Positions 9,540 through 19,561 of a DNA stretch of 59,656 bases are shown one piece after another. The position numbers were made by a program, and so were the translations under genes. The notes under the pieces are model-generated. The model did not search any database. It worked only from the letters and a program-made list of their open reading frames with translations, and was not told the origin of the DNA. Every line of letters starts with the position of its first letter. Positions within the stretch are counted from its first letter, which is position 1. Source of the DNA: a virus (lineage: Duplodnaviria; Caudoviricetes); IMG/VR virus record IMGVR_UViG_3300009499_000123, positions 1 to 59,656 of that record. One strand, 5' to 3'.

Positions 9540-11213
9540 ATGATGCTCCGTCCCCGCCAATCCCTCCTGATCGAGCGCACGCTTGCGGCGCTCGACGAGC
9601 ACGGGAACACGCTGGCTGTCGCACCGACCGGGTCGGGCAAGACCATCATGCTGTCGGCAGTCACCGGCAGGGTGTTGGCCGAGCCCGATGCGAAGGCCTG
9701 CATCCTCGCCCATCGCACTGAACTGACCGGTCAGAACCGCGACAAGTTCTCGCGTGTGAATCCGAGCATGAGCACGTCGGTGTTCGATGCCAACGAGAAG
9801 TCCTGGCGCGGCCAAGCGACGTTCGCGATGGTGCAGACCCTGTCGCGCCAGACGCACCTCGACCAGATGCCTACCCTGGATCTGCTCGTGATCGACGAGG
9901 CGCACCACGCTTCGTCACCGACCTACCGCGCCGTCATCGACACGGTGCTGGCCCGCAATCCTCGGGCTGGCGTCTGCGGCCTGACCGCCACCCCGAATCG
10001 CGGTGATGGCAAGGGGCTGCGCGAGGTCTTCTCCAACGTGGCAGACCAGATCACCTTGGGCGAAATGATCGCCGCCGGGCACCTCGTTCCGCCGCGCACC
10101 TTCGTGATCGACGTCGGCGTACAGGACGCACTGCGCAACGTCCGCCGCACCGCGATGGACTTCGACATGGACGAGGTCGCCTCCATTCTCGACAAGCGCC
10201 TGATCACCGAGGCGGTGATCAAGCATTGGAAGGCGAATGCGTCGTCGCGCAAGACCATCGTCTTCTGTTCCACGGTCGCCCATGCGCAGAACGTCTGTGA
10301 TGCCTTTGTCGAATCGGGCATACACGCCGTGCTGATCCACGGCGAGTTGTCCGACGCCGATCGCAAAGCGCGCCTGGCCGAGTATGAGTCCGGGCACGCC
10401 CAGGTCGTGGTCAATGTCGCGGTGCTGACCGAGGGCTATGACTACACGCCCACCAGTTGCGTCGTCCTGCTGCGTCCCAGTTCCTACAAGTCCACCTTCA
10501 TCCAGATGGTCGGCCGTGGTCTGCGCACCGTGGACCCCGAGGAGTTCCCGGGCGTCATCAAGACCGATTGCATCGTGCTGGATTTCGGTACGGCCAGCTT
10601 GATGCACGGATCTCTCGAACAGGAAATTAACCTCGACGGGCATCCGGGCGACGGTGATGCGCCGACCAAGGACTGCCCGGAGTGTGGTGCCATCGTTCCG
10701 CTGGCCTGCATGGAGTGCCCCCTGTGCGGCCACGTGTGGGAGCGCGAGCCGCAGGAGCTTGGCGTACTGACGGACTTCGTCATGAGCGAGATCGATCTGC
10801 TCAAGCGCTCCAACTTCCGCTGGTGCGACCTGTTCGGGCATGACGACGCGCTGATGGCCACGGGGTTCAGCGCATGGGGCGGCATCTTCTATCTCAATGG
10901 CCGCTGGCACGCCGTCGGCGGCGGGAAAGACTTGAGGCCACACCTGCTGGCCGTCGGCGAGCGCACGGTGTGCATGGCCAAGGCCGACGACTGGCTCAAC
11001 GACCACGAATCCGCCGACTCCGCCCACAAGACCCGGCGCTGGCTGAACGAGCCGCCGACCGACAAGCAACTGCGCTACCTCCCAGAGCACATGCGGGTGG
11101 ACTTCGGCATGACCCGCTACCAGGCATCGGCCTTGTTGGCGTTCCAGTTCAACAAATCGTCAATTCAGCGGCTAGTGGTCGCGGCCAACGAAAGCCATCG
11201 GGAGGCCGCTTGA
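9540..11213 (+). CDS. SF2 DEAH helicase with Zn ribbon
   Basis: PTGSGKT, DEAHH, TATP, QMVGRGLR and CPEC..CPLC. Confidence 0.93.
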   Translation: MMLRPRQSLLIERTLAALDEHGNTLAVAPTGSGKTIMLSAVTGRVLAEPDAKACILAHRTELTGQNRDKFSRVNPSMSTSVFDANEKSWRGQATFAMVQTLSRQTHLDQMPTLDLLVIDEAHHASSPTYRAVIDTVLARNPRAGVCGLTATPNRGDGKGLREVFSNVADQITLGEMIAAGHLVPPRTFVIDVGVQDALRNVRRTAMDFDMDEVASILDKRLITEAVIKHWKANASSRKTIVFCSTVAHAQNVCDAFVESGIHAVLIHGELSDADRKARLAEYESGHAQVVVNVAVLTEGYDYTPTSCVVLLRPSSYKSTFIQMVGRGLRTVDPEEFPGVIKTDCIVLDFGTASLMHGSLEQEINLDGHPGDGDAPTKDCPECGAIVPLACMECPLCGHVWEREPQELGVLTDFVMSEIDLLKRSNFRWCDLFGHDDALMATGFSAWGGIFYLNGRWHAVGGGKDLRPHLLAVGERTVCMAKADDWLNDHESADSAHKTRRWLNEPPTDKQLRYLPEHMRVDFGMTRYQASALLAFQFNKSSIQRLVVAANESHREAA

Positions 11214-11632
11214 AATGCGCGATCTGCTACCGCAAGGCCAAGGGCTATGGCTGGTCCAACCCTCGGTTCAAACCGGGCGACCCACAACGCTACTCAGATC
11301 GCTGGGTGTTCTGTTCGCGCCGTTGCCAGGACGCGTTCTGCAAATTGATGACCAAGACGGAGGCACGCATGATCGATCCGAGTGACATGGAACTGGCAGC
11401 CATGCGGGCGTGCCTGTCGCCGCTGGGTGAGTACGTCGGCTCCATCGGCATGGAGCGGCCCTTGGCGGACTACACGCGGGATGAGGTGCTGACCCTGATC
11501 GATGTCGTCGTCACCACCTATCAGGACCAGATGATCGAAGAGCACGAGCGCATGGCCGCCAAGGATCGTGCCTTCCTGGAGGAGCGCCTGGCCCGTCAAG
11601 GTCAAGCCGCTCCGAAGGGAGTGCCGTTCTGA
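11210..11632 (+). CDS. Phage Zn-finger protein (DUF6511-like)
   Basis: TTG start overlapping the helicase stop after GGAGG; CAIC..FCSRRC. Confidence 0.65.
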   Translation: MKCAICYRKAKGYGWSNPRFKPGDPQRYSDRWVFCSRRCQDAFCKLMTKTEARMIDPSDMELAAMRACLSPLGEYVGSIGMERPLADYTRDEVLTLIDVVVTTYQDQMIEEHERMAAKDRAFLEERLARQGQAAPKGVPF

Positions 11633-12387
11633 TGCTGGATTTCAACCACCGCCCCAAGATTCACGAACAGATCGGCGCTCTCATCGATGCCGCCCTCGCT
11701 AGCGATCGTGATGGACAGGCACCGCGCACCTACCTCGGCGCTTCGCGGCTGGGTGTGGCCTGCGAGCGCGCGCTGCAGTACGAGTACCTGCGCACGCCGG
11801 TCGATCCCGGCCGTGAAATTCCCGGTCGCATCCTGCGCGTGTTTGAGGTCGGGCATGCGCTCGAAGACCTGGCCGTTCGCTGGCTGCGTTTGGCTGGCTT
11901 CGACCTGTACACCCGCAAGGCCGGCGGAGGCCAATTCGGCTTTTCCGTGGCGGGCGGCCGCATCCAGGGCCATGTCGACGGTGTGATCAACGCCGCCCCA
12001 GGCGAGCTCGGGCTCCGGTGCCCGTCGCTATGGGAATGCAAGACCATGAACGACAAGTCCTGGCGGGACACGGTCAAGCTCGGCGTCGCCCGGTCCAAGC
12101 CGGTGTACGCAGCGCAGATGGCGATCTACCAGGCCTACATGGAAGCCGCCATTCCCGGCATATCGCGCAACCCCGCGCTGTTCACCGCGATCAACAAGGA
12201 TTCGCAGGAGATCTGGTTCGAGCTGGTGCCGTTTGACGGCGGACTGGCCCAGCGCATGTCCGATCGCGCGGTCCGGGTCATTTCCGCATCCGATGCCGGC
12301 GAGTTGTTGCCACGCCATGCAACGACCCCGACCCATTTCGAGTGCAAGTCGTGCTCCTGGCAAGACCGCTGCTGGGGGGCGACGTGA
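11632..12387 (+). CDS. PD-(D/E)xK exonuclease, Cas4-like Cys pattern
   Basis: GHVDG..WECK..Q..Y; N-terminal Cys plus C-terminal CKSCSWQDRC. Confidence 0.8.
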   Translation: MLDFNHRPKIHEQIGALIDAALASDRDGQAPRTYLGASRLGVACERALQYEYLRTPVDPGREIPGRILRVFEVGHALEDLAVRWLRLAGFDLYTRKAGGGQFGFSVAGGRIQGHVDGVINAAPGELGLRCPSLWECKTMNDKSWRDTVKLGVARSKPVYAAQMAIYQAYMEAAIPGISRNPALFTAINKDSQEIWFELVPFDGGLAQRMSDRAVRVISASDAGELLPRHATTPTHFECKSCSWQDRCWGAT

Positions 12388-14573
12388 CGACGAACGATAT
12401 CGTGTGGCTCGACTTCAACGACGCGGCCGAACCTCGAAATGAACTCGTAAATGACACGGAGACGTTGCGTACCGGGTTGCTGGATCGGCTCGAAGCCGTC
12501 TTGCACTACCTGTTCCCCCAAGGCCGCATGCGGGGCGGCAAGTTCTATGTCGGCGACACCGACGGCTCACCCGGCAAAAGCCTGGTCGTCGAGCTCGACG
12601 GCGCTCGTCGCGGTTTGTGGAAGGACTTCGCCACCGACGATGGCGGTGATGTCATCGACCTGTGGGCACGATCCCAGGGGCTGTCCACGCGCCAGGATTT
12701 TCCCCGTCTTGCCACGGAGATTCGCCAGTGGCTGGGAGTCGCACCGCCTGCGCAGTCCATTGCTCCTCACGCGGTCCGTACCGTTGCTGTCGATGAGCTT
12801 GGCCCCTACACCGCGAAATGGGATTACCTCACGCCCGAGGGCGAGCTGATCGCCTGTGTGTACCGCTACGACCCACCGACCGGCAAGGAGTACCGCCCCT
12901 GGGACGTGCGCGCCCGGATGTGGCGGGCACCCGATCCGCGCCCGCTTTACAACCTGCCGGCAATCTCAAAGCTGCAGGACGTGGTGCTGGTCGAGGGCGA
13001 GAAATGCGCCGATGCGCTAATCGCCTGCGGCATTGCGGCCACCACCGCGATGAACGGGGCCAGGGCGCCGATCGACAAAACCGACTGGCGACCGCTCGCT
13101 GGCCGCTCGGTGCTGATCTGGCCAGACCGCGACGCGCCGGGCTGGGACTACGCCGAGAACGCCGCACGCGCTTGTGTCGCGGCGGGCTGCGCTTCCGTAG
13201 CCATTCTGGTGCCGCCATCCGACAAGCCCGACAAGTGGGACGCGGCTGATGCCGTCGCCGAAGGCTTCGACTGCGATGGGTTCATCGCGCAGGGCGAGCG
13301 CCGCGTGGTCAAGGCGGCATTGCCGATGCTGCCGACATTCACGCTGGGCGCGCTGCTGGATGACGATTCGCCGCTGCCGCCTGATCTCATCTCGCCGCGC
13401 GTGCTGACGCCGGCCGGAATGCTGGTCTTCGGCGGCGCGCCCAAGGTCGGCAAGAGCGACTTCCTGCTGGCCTGGCTGACCCACATGGCCGCTGGTGCCG
13501 CCTTTCTCGGCATGCGCCCGTCACGCCCTTTGCGCGTGTTCTACCTGCAGGCAGAGGTGCAGTACCACTACCTGCGCGAACGGGTCAAAGAGCTGCGCAT
13601 TCCACCCAGCCGGCTCCTGGATGCCCGCGCGAACTTCGTGGCCACGCCCCAGCTGCGCCTCGTGCTGGACGACGCCGGCCTCGCGCAGGTGATTCCTGCC
13701 ATTGCGAATGCGTTTGGTGGCGAGCCTCCGGACATCATCGCCATCGATCCCATCCGCAATGTGTTCGATGGCGGCGACGCCGGTGGCGAGAACGACAACG
13801 GCGCGATGCTGTTTTTTCTCTCGCAACGGGTGGACCGGCTTCGCCAGGCGGTGAATCCGGATGCCGGGGTGATCCTGGCCCACCACACGAGGAAGCTGGG
13901 CAAGAAGCAGTTCGAGGAGGACCCGTTCCAGGCTCTGGCCGGTGCCGGCAGCCTGCGCGGCTACTACTCGAGCGGAATGCTGCTGTATCGGCCCGACGAG
14001 CTGCGCACGACGCGGCAGCTCATCTTCGAATTGCGCAATGGGCCGGGCATCCCCCTCAAGCACGTGGACAAGGTGCAGGGGGAGTGGCGCGAGGTCGAAC
14101 CCAATGAGCGGCTGGTCATGCAGGAGTATGGCCAGCGGCTCGATGCCGAACGCCGCCGCAAACGCGATGTGATCCTGCAGATCCTGTTCGATGAGGCTGC
14201 GCAGGGTCGCTGCTACACCGCCAATCAGTTCGCCGAAGGCTTCGAAGGCAAGGCGGGGCTCGGCGGCGAGCGCACGATCCGCGAGCGGCTTTCTGCGCTC
14301 TCGACGCAGGGCTACATCAAGTATTTCCGCAATGCAGTCGACTACGGCCTGCCGCCAGCCCGCACCAAATTCGGCTACCTCTGCGTGGAAGGCATGGTCC
14401 TGCGCTCGGTCGCTGGCGAACCCGATCCAGACACCGGCGAAGTGCCGTTGCGCGAACTCGCCGTACAGCCCACCCACTTCAAATGCCCGCAATCGGGGGC
14501 CGCCTTGCCGGTCGAGAACCCCGAGGTGTGGGTTTACCAAGACGACATCAACGATCCTCAGGAGCCCGCATGA
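12384..14573 (+). CDS. Primase-helicase (TOPRIM plus RepA/AAA_25-like)
   Basis: VEGEKCAD and WPDRD TOPRIM motifs, Walker A GAPKVGKS, IAIDP, HHTRK. Confidence 0.88.
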   Translation: MTTNDIVWLDFNDAAEPRNELVNDTETLRTGLLDRLEAVLHYLFPQGRMRGGKFYVGDTDGSPGKSLVVELDGARRGLWKDFATDDGGDVIDLWARSQGLSTRQDFPRLATEIRQWLGVAPPAQSIAPHAVRTVAVDELGPYTAKWDYLTPEGELIACVYRYDPPTGKEYRPWDVRARMWRAPDPRPLYNLPAISKLQDVVLVEGEKCADALIACGIAATTAMNGARAPIDKTDWRPLAGRSVLIWPDRDAPGWDYAENAARACVAAGCASVAILVPPSDKPDKWDAADAVAEGFDCDGFIAQGERRVVKAALPMLPTFTLGALLDDDSPLPPDLISPRVLTPAGMLVFGGAPKVGKSDFLLAWLTHMAAGAAFLGMRPSRPLRVFYLQAEVQYHYLRERVKELRIPPSRLLDARANFVATPQLRLVLDDAGLAQVIPAIANAFGGEPPDIIAIDPIRNVFDGGDAGGENDNGAMLFFLSQRVDRLRQAVNPDAGVILAHHTRKLGKKQFEEDPFQALAGAGSLRGYYSSGMLLYRPDELRTTRQLIFELRNGPGIPLKHVDKVQGEWREVEPNERLVMQEYGQRLDAERRRKRDVILQILFDEAAQGRCYTANQFAEGFEGKAGLGGERTIRERLSALSTQGYIKYFRNAVDYGLPPARTKFGYLCVEGMVLRSVAGEPDPDTGEVPLRELAVQPTHFKCPQSGAALPVENPEVWVYQDDINDPQEPA

Positions 14574-15358
14574 ACACGCATCGACAAGTTGGCAAAACCG
14601 TTGCCAACTTCCCCCTGCTTTTTGCCGACGTCGGCAAGTTGGCAAACACCTGCCAACTTCAATCCATTTCAAATCAACGCCTTGCGGAGTTGTCGGCAAA
14701 TTGGCAAGTTGGCAGCGCCGCCAACTTGCCAACTTCAGCAAACCCGCATGGATACTGGGTTTTCCGGGAATTCCAAGTTGGCGAAAACTCCCCCTCCTAC
14801 TACGTAGGAGAGGGAACAGCAGTTCCCTCTACCTTACGTGGAGGTTTGCCTGGAGGTCGGGATGGGGGCGGTCTGCCGGCGAACGGAAACGCGATCTTGG
14901 CGCTGGATCTCGGCACCCAGACCGGTTGGGCTCTGCTGGACCGTGACGGCGACATCAGCAGTGGAACCGAAGGGTTCAAGCCACAGCGCTTCGAGGGTGG
15001 CGGCATGCGCTACCTCCGCTTCAAACGCTGGCTCACCGAACTCAAGCAGGTTGCTGATGGTTTGGATGCCGTGTTCTTCGAAGAGGTCCGTCGTCATGCC
15101 GGCGTCGATGCCGCGCACGCCTACGGCGGTTTCATGGCCCATCTGACTGCCTGGTGCGAACACCATCAGATCCCGTACCAGGGCGTTCCGGTTGGCACGA
15201 TCAAGAAGCACGCGACCGGCAAAGGCAACGCAAGCAAGGACGACATGATCGCTGCCGCCCGGCTTCTTGGATATGCGCCTACGGATGACAACGAGGCCGA
15301 TGCCCTGGCGATCCTGCACTGGGCCATCCAGATCTACCACGATGGGCAGGAGGTGTGA
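14570..15358 (+). CDS. RuvC-like Holliday junction resolvase (N-terminal part overlaps a repeat array; true start uncertain)
   Basis: ILALDLGTQTGWA..FEEV..KKHATGKGNASKDDM..DDNEADALA. ATG at 14570 overlaps the primase stop with an AGGAG RBS. Confidence 0.75.
   Translation: MNTHRQVGKTVANFPLLFADVGKLANTCQLQSISNQRLAELSANWQVGSAANLPTSANPHGYWVFREFQVGENSPSYYVGEGTAVPSTLRGGLPGGRDGGGLPANGNAILALDLGTQTGWALLDRDGDISSGTEGFKPQRFEGGGMRYLRFKRWLTELKQVADGLDAVFFEEVRRHAGVDAAHAYGGFMAHLTAWCEHHQIPYQGVPVGTIKKHATGKGNASKDDMIAAARLLGYAPTDDNEADALAILHWAIQIYHDGQEV
14586..14830. repeat. Iteron-like array, putative replication origin
   Basis: Eight exact AAGTTGGC/GCCAACTT copies mostly in inverted pairs (14586, 14603, 14636, 14652, 14706, 14720, 14728, 14775), plus hairpin AGAGGGAAC-agca-GTTCCCTCT at 14809-14830. 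Confidence 0.7.
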
Positions 15359-15359
15359 C

Positions 15360-15572
15360 ATGAAGATCCCCACACCTCAGTACCGCAGCCCGCTGGGACG
15401 GCTCGTGCCAGAGCCCCGACGAGATCCCGAAGAGATCAAACGCGAGGGATGGCTCGACCAGCACATCCTCGTCATTTCACCCGAGGACACACGACTCGAC
15501 TGGTCCGAGCGTGAGCTGCTCCGTCGCATTGGCAACCGCCTGTATGGGAACAAGGAGCGTCGCCATGGCTGA
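15360..15572 (+). CDS. Hypothetical protein (70 aa)
   Basis: GGAGG RBS; overlaps the next gene. Confidence 0.65.
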   Translation: MKIPTPQYRSPLGRLVPEPRRDPEEIKREGWLDQHILVISPEDTRLDWSERELLRRIGNRLYGNKERRHG

Positions 15573-15945
15573 ATGGAGCATCGATGAACTTGCAGATCGT
15601 TTTGTCGAGGCTGCACGCACTGCACATCGATTGCCCCCTGTGCGGGTGCAAGGCTATTTCAACGTCTGGCCGACGATCGTGCGCACGGAGTTCGAACGCC
15701 TGGCCTCCGACGATCCTGCACCCATCCGTTTTCCGCCGAGCCCTGCCGATGTCGACAGAATGCTGGAGGTCATGCGATGGGTGCAGTGTTTGGAGATGGA
15801 CCAACGACACCTCGTGTGGATGCGGGCGGAGCGGTATCGCTGGTCAGAGATCGCCAAGCGCTTCGGTTGTGCACCGCGCACGGCACAACGACGGTGGGAC
15901 ATGGCCCTGCATCTCGTGGCACTCCATCTGGCATCGGGAAATTAA
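15565..15945 (+). CDS. DUF6362-like protein with sigma region-4-like HTH (candidate late regulator)
   Basis: WSEIAKRFGCAPRTAQRRW HTH; last early gene, in the Q/RinA position. Confidence 0.7.
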   Translation: MAEWSIDELADRFVEAARTAHRLPPVRVQGYFNVWPTIVRTEFERLASDDPAPIRFPPSPADVDRMLEVMRWVQCLEMDQRHLVWMRAERYRWSEIAKRFGCAPRTAQRRWDMALHLVALHLASGN

Positions 15946-16093
15946 GTGAAGTTGCTGGTGGCTGCTAACGAGCGCCAGCCATTGCTAACGCTTGATGGGA
16001 TTGCACGCTTTCCGGCGTGTCGCGTTTTGCGGCGATCGAGGGTAAATTCTCTCTATGGTTGCGAGAGCTGTGTCTCGCATCGAATCGACTTGT

Positions 16094-16128
16094 AGCCCGC
16101 CCGGAGCATCGCTCTCGGCGGGCTTTTC
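16094..16128 (+). terminator. Terminator-like hairpin in the late-operon leader
   Basis: AGCCCGCC..GGCGGGCT followed by TTT. Confidence 0.55.
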
Positions 16129-16136
16129 ATTTATGA

Positions 16137-17399
16137 ATGCCGATGAGCGCGCTGCAGATCCACTACCGTCCGATCGACTCGCTGATCCCGTACGCCCGCA
16201 ATGCCAAGCAGCACTCGGATGCCCAGGTCGCGCAGATCGCCGCCAGCATCCGCGAGTTCGGTTGGGGTGCGCCGATCCTGATCGATGGCAAGAACAATGT
16301 GATCGCCGGCCACGGTCGCCTGCTGGCTGCCCGCAAGCTCGGCATGACGGAGGTTCCGGTCGTCCCGCTGGAGCATCTGACGGACACCCAACGTCGGGCG
16401 CTGATCCTGGCTGACAACAAGATCGGCGACAACGCCTCCTGGGAAGACGAACTGCTGGGCATTGAGTTGTCCGAGCTGAAAGACGCCGGCTTCGACCTCG
16501 GCCTGACAGGCTTTTCTCCCGACGAATGGGAAGCGCTGATCGCAGGCGACGAAGCTACCAAGGACGGGCTCACCGACGACGATGCTGTGCCGGAAGTGCC
16601 TGAAACACCCATCTCCAAAACGGGCGACGTGTGGTTGCTGGGCGATCACAATCTGCTGTGTGGCGACGCCACCAAGACGGACGACTACAAGCTGCTGCTC
16701 GGTGACGAATTGCCGGACATGGCTTTCACCGATCCACCGTACAACGTGAACTACGCCAACACGGCCAAGGACAAATTGCGCGGCAAGAATCGTCCGATCC
16801 TGAACGACAACCTGGGCGACGGCTTCGAAGCATTCCTGCTTGCCGCCTGCCAGAACATCTTGGGCGTCACCAAGGGCGCCGTCTATGTCGCCATGAGTTC
16901 CAGCGAACTCGACACCCTGCAATCGGCCTTCCGCGCTGCCGGCGGTCGCTGGTCGACCTTCATCATCTGGGCCAAGAACACCTTCACCCTCGGACGCGCC
17001 GACTATCAGCGCCAGTACGAGCCGATCCTCTATGGCTGGCGTGACGGCACCGATCACTACTGGTGTGGCGCCCGTGATCAGGGCGACGTCTGGAACATCA
17101 AGAAGCCGGCCAAGAACGATCTGCACCCGACCATGAAACCGGTGGAACTCGTCGAGCGCGCGGTGCGCAACAGCAGCAAGACCAAAGACATCGTGCTCGA
17201 TCCGTTCGGCGGCTCCGGCTCCACGCTGATCGCCTGCGAAAAATCCGGCCGCCGTGCCCGTCTGATCGAACTCGATCCGAAGTATGTCGATGTGATCGTG
17301 CGCCGCTGGCAGGACTACACGGGGCAAGAAGCGATACGCGCCAGTGATGGCGCGAAATTCGGAACGGTGCCGGAGGCGGATCAGCCGGTGATGGCGTAG
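16137..17399 (+). CDS. ParB-N domain plus N4/N6 DNA methyltransferase (beta class)
   Basis: YARNAKQH..IAGHGR ParB domain, then DPPY, HPTMKP and DPFGGSGST. Confidence 0.92.
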   Translation: MPMSALQIHYRPIDSLIPYARNAKQHSDAQVAQIAASIREFGWGAPILIDGKNNVIAGHGRLLAARKLGMTEVPVVPLEHLTDTQRRALILADNKIGDNASWEDELLGIELSELKDAGFDLGLTGFSPDEWEALIAGDEATKDGLTDDDAVPEVPETPISKTGDVWLLGDHNLLCGDATKTDDYKLLLGDELPDMAFTDPPYNVNYANTAKDKLRGKNRPILNDNLGDGFEAFLLAACQNILGVTKGAVYVAMSSSELDTLQSAFRAAGGRWSTFIIWAKNTFTLGRADYQRQYEPILYGWRDGTDHYWCGARDQGDVWNIKKPAKNDLHPTMKPVELVERAVRNSSKTKDIVLDPFGGSGSTLIACEKSGRRARLIELDPKYVDVIVRRWQDYTGQEAIRASDGAKFGTVPEADQPVMA

Positions 17400-17854
17400 A
17401 TCCGCTCGCCGCCGTTCACCTTGGTCGACGTGATCGTCAGGCCCAGCTTCTTCTTGAAGGCGCCAGCAAAGGTGCCGCGCACCGTGTGCGGCTGCCAGCC
17501 AGTCACCTCAACGATCTGCGCGATGGTGGCGCCCTCCGGTCGCTTGAGCATCGCGATCACCTGGGCCTGCTTGCTGTTCTCGCGCGTGCGCGGCTTGGCT
17601 TGTTCGATGGCCTCGTCGATCGCCTTGGCGCTGACCGGCGCCTTGCGCGGTACGCCCAGCGCCTCGTAACCCTCGGCGGCGATGAACCAGTCGTCGCCGG
17701 TGTTCGTGATCAGAGTGCGGTTGGACAGTCCGTCGAGAACCTTCTTGCGCGCGCCGCCTTTGATGTGGTCCGGGAACCAGGTGATCTTGCCCTCGGTGTG
17801 TTGATGGGCATAGGCCAGGATGGCGTGTTGGGCGGGTGTGAGCTGAGTGGTCAT
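17381..17854 (-). CDS. DUF3489-like protein
   Basis: SKQAQVIAMLKRPEGATI..TGWQPHTVRG..KKKLGL signature. Confidence 0.85.
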   Translation of the reverse strand: MTTQLTPAQHAILAYAHQHTEGKITWFPDHIKGGARKKVLDGLSNRTLITNTGDDWFIAAEGYEALGVPRKAPVSAKAIDEAIEQAKPRTRENSKQAQVIAMLKRPEGATIAQIVEVTGWQPHTVRGTFAGAFKKKLGLTITSTKVNGGERIYAITG

Positions 17855-17961
17855 TTGGATCTCCGTCGACGTGGTTGATGGTGTTCGCATGAACGCTTCA
17901 ATCCGCCACGAAGACAAGTCGTTTCGGCGCATTCGTCGCTTCTTTCTTGAACAGGCCATCG

Positions 17962-18360
17962 ATGCCCCGCAAAGCCCCCACGCCCTGTCGCCACCCCGGT
18001 TGCGGCAAGCTGGTCCAGGACGGCTCCGGCTACTGCGCCGAACATCAGCGGAACAAGGTCGGCTGGTACCAGGACCGTCGCAGTGCGCATCAGCGCGGGT
18101 ACGGCGCGAAGTGGCAAAAGCTGCGCGCCTTCGTCATGCGACGCGACCAAGGGCTGTGCCAGCCGTGCAAACGGTCCGGACGCCTGACGCCGGCCGTGGC
18201 GGTGGACCACGTCGTGCCCAAGTCACAAGGCGGCGCCGACCACCCCGACAACTGCCAGGCGATCTGCCACCGCTGCCACGTGCTCAAAACGGCCCAGGAG
18301 TCGCGCCAACCGCGTGACCCGGCGTTCAAGCCTGGGGCGCCCGGCAACGACAGCTTTTGA
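17962..18360 (+). CDS. Terminase-associated HNH endonuclease
   Basis: RGYG..W, CQPC..VDHVVP..N.QAICHRCH..KT; immediately upstream of terS. Confidence 0.9.
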   Translation: MPRKAPTPCRHPGCGKLVQDGSGYCAEHQRNKVGWYQDRRSAHQRGYGAKWQKLRAFVMRRDQGLCQPCKRSGRLTPAVAVDHVVPKSQGGADHPDNCQAICHRCHVLKTAQESRQPRDPAFKPGAPGNDSF

Positions 18361-18479
18361 TGCCCCCGGGTAGGGGGTGAAATCCTTGGGCGCGATTCGC
18401 AAAAGACCGCGCGCCCCGTCAAATTTTTCCGCGTGCAAATTGAAACAGGGGGGACTCCCCCTGCGAGGACCCGAATCCA
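18361..18479. other. Probable cos/packaging region
   Basis: HNH-terS intergenic gap containing GC-rich ACCGCGCGCCCCG followed by AAATTTTT, as in HK97/P27-type cos phages; exact cut site not determined. Confidence 0.45.
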
Positions 18480-18941
18480 ATGGCCGGACGCAAGCCGCTG
18501 CCCACCACCGTCAAGCAAATCAAGGGCACGCTGCAGAAGTGCCGCACCAACCTGCGGGAGCCCAAGCCGCAAGGGGATCTGGTCGAGCCACCAGAGTACA
18601 TGAGCGAGGGCGCGAAGTCCGCCTGGCGCTATGCGCTGGAATGCGCACCGCCGCACCTGCTCAAGAAACTCGACATGTCGGTCCTTGAAGTGTGGGCCTG
18701 CGCCGCTGATCTGTACCGCAAAGCGCAGGCCGGCATCAGCAAGACCGGACTGCTCGTGAAGGCGCCGAACACTGGCGTGCCGATGCAGTCGCCGTACCTC
18801 GCCATTGCCAACAAACAGGCGCAGATCATGACCAAGGCCGCGACCGAGATGGGCTTCACGCCGGCATCGCGCTCCCGTGTCACGCTGCCCATGGAAGCCG
18901 CTGAGGACGATCTCGATCCTTGGGCGGACATCGCGGGATAG
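18480..18941 (+). CDS. Terminase small subunit, P27 family
   Basis: MAGRKPLPT N-terminus and EMGFTPASR. Confidence 0.9.
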   Translation: MAGRKPLPTTVKQIKGTLQKCRTNLREPKPQGDLVEPPEYMSEGAKSAWRYALECAPPHLLKKLDMSVLEVWACAADLYRKAQAGISKTGLLVKAPNTGVPMQSPYLAIANKQAQIMTKAATEMGFTPASRSRVTLPMEAAEDDLDPWADIAG

Positions 18942-18946
18942 ATGGA

Positions 18947-19561
18947 ATGATGGCAACCCAAGCGCGTATCGATGTTCATCTGCTGACCCTCAACGAGCCT
19001 GATGAATGGCGCGAGGCCTGCATCGCCAGCCTCGCGGGCGCACCGATCCAGTTGCACGTCTTGCCGGGAATTCCTGGTCGCATCGGCCAGGCGCGTGCCG
19101 CTGGCTACATGCAAGGCACTTTGCCCCTGGTGTCCTTCGTCGATCCCGATGACCGGTACGAAGCCAGCACCTTCACTCAGCTGGCTGATGCGCTCGATGC
19201 TAACCCGCAGGCCGTGATGGCCTACACCGACGAAACGCTGACCGACGAACGTGGACGAGACATTGCTATGCGGCGCCTCCCCTACAGCCGCCAGCAGCAC
19301 GAGGGCAGCGCCAGTCATGTGCACGGCCTGATCGTGATGCGTCGATGGGCCGTCGAAGCCGTGCTGAAAGAAACCACCGACATCAACAATTTTTCCGACT
19401 GGCTGCTGACGCTGCTGGTTGCCAAGGCAGGCGAAGTGCTGCACCTGCCCGTCATCGGACGGCATTGGCGACAGCATCCGCGCCAAAGCCATCGCATGGG
19501 CGACCTTGGGGCCGTCCGGCGCGTTCGCCAGTCTTTGGATTTCTCGCCCGATGAGCTCTAA
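18947..19561 (+). CDS. GT-A (GT2-like) glycosyltransferase
   Basis: IGQARAAG..LVSFVDPDD (DxD)..AYTDE..DWLL..HLP..WRQH; lies between terS and terL. Confidence 0.75.
   Translation: MMATQARIDVHLLTLNEPDEWREACIASLAGAPIQLHVLPGIPGRIGQARAAGYMQGTLPLVSFVDPDDRYEASTFTQLADALDANPQAVMAYTDETLTDERGRDIAMRRLPYSRQQHEGSASHVHGLIVMRRWAVEAVLKETTDINNFSDWLLTLLVAKAGEVLHLPVIGRHWRQHPRQSHRMGDLGAVRRVRQSLDFSPDEL

Noticed and set aside
11632-12387. Cas4-like nuclease as evidence of CRISPR-Cas
   Set aside because: No repeat-spacer array or other cas genes are seen, and it lies in a standard phage recombination/replication operon.
14586-14782. Repeat array as a CRISPR
   Set aside because: The repeats are 8-10 bp, occur in both orientations and are irregularly spaced, which fits iterons.
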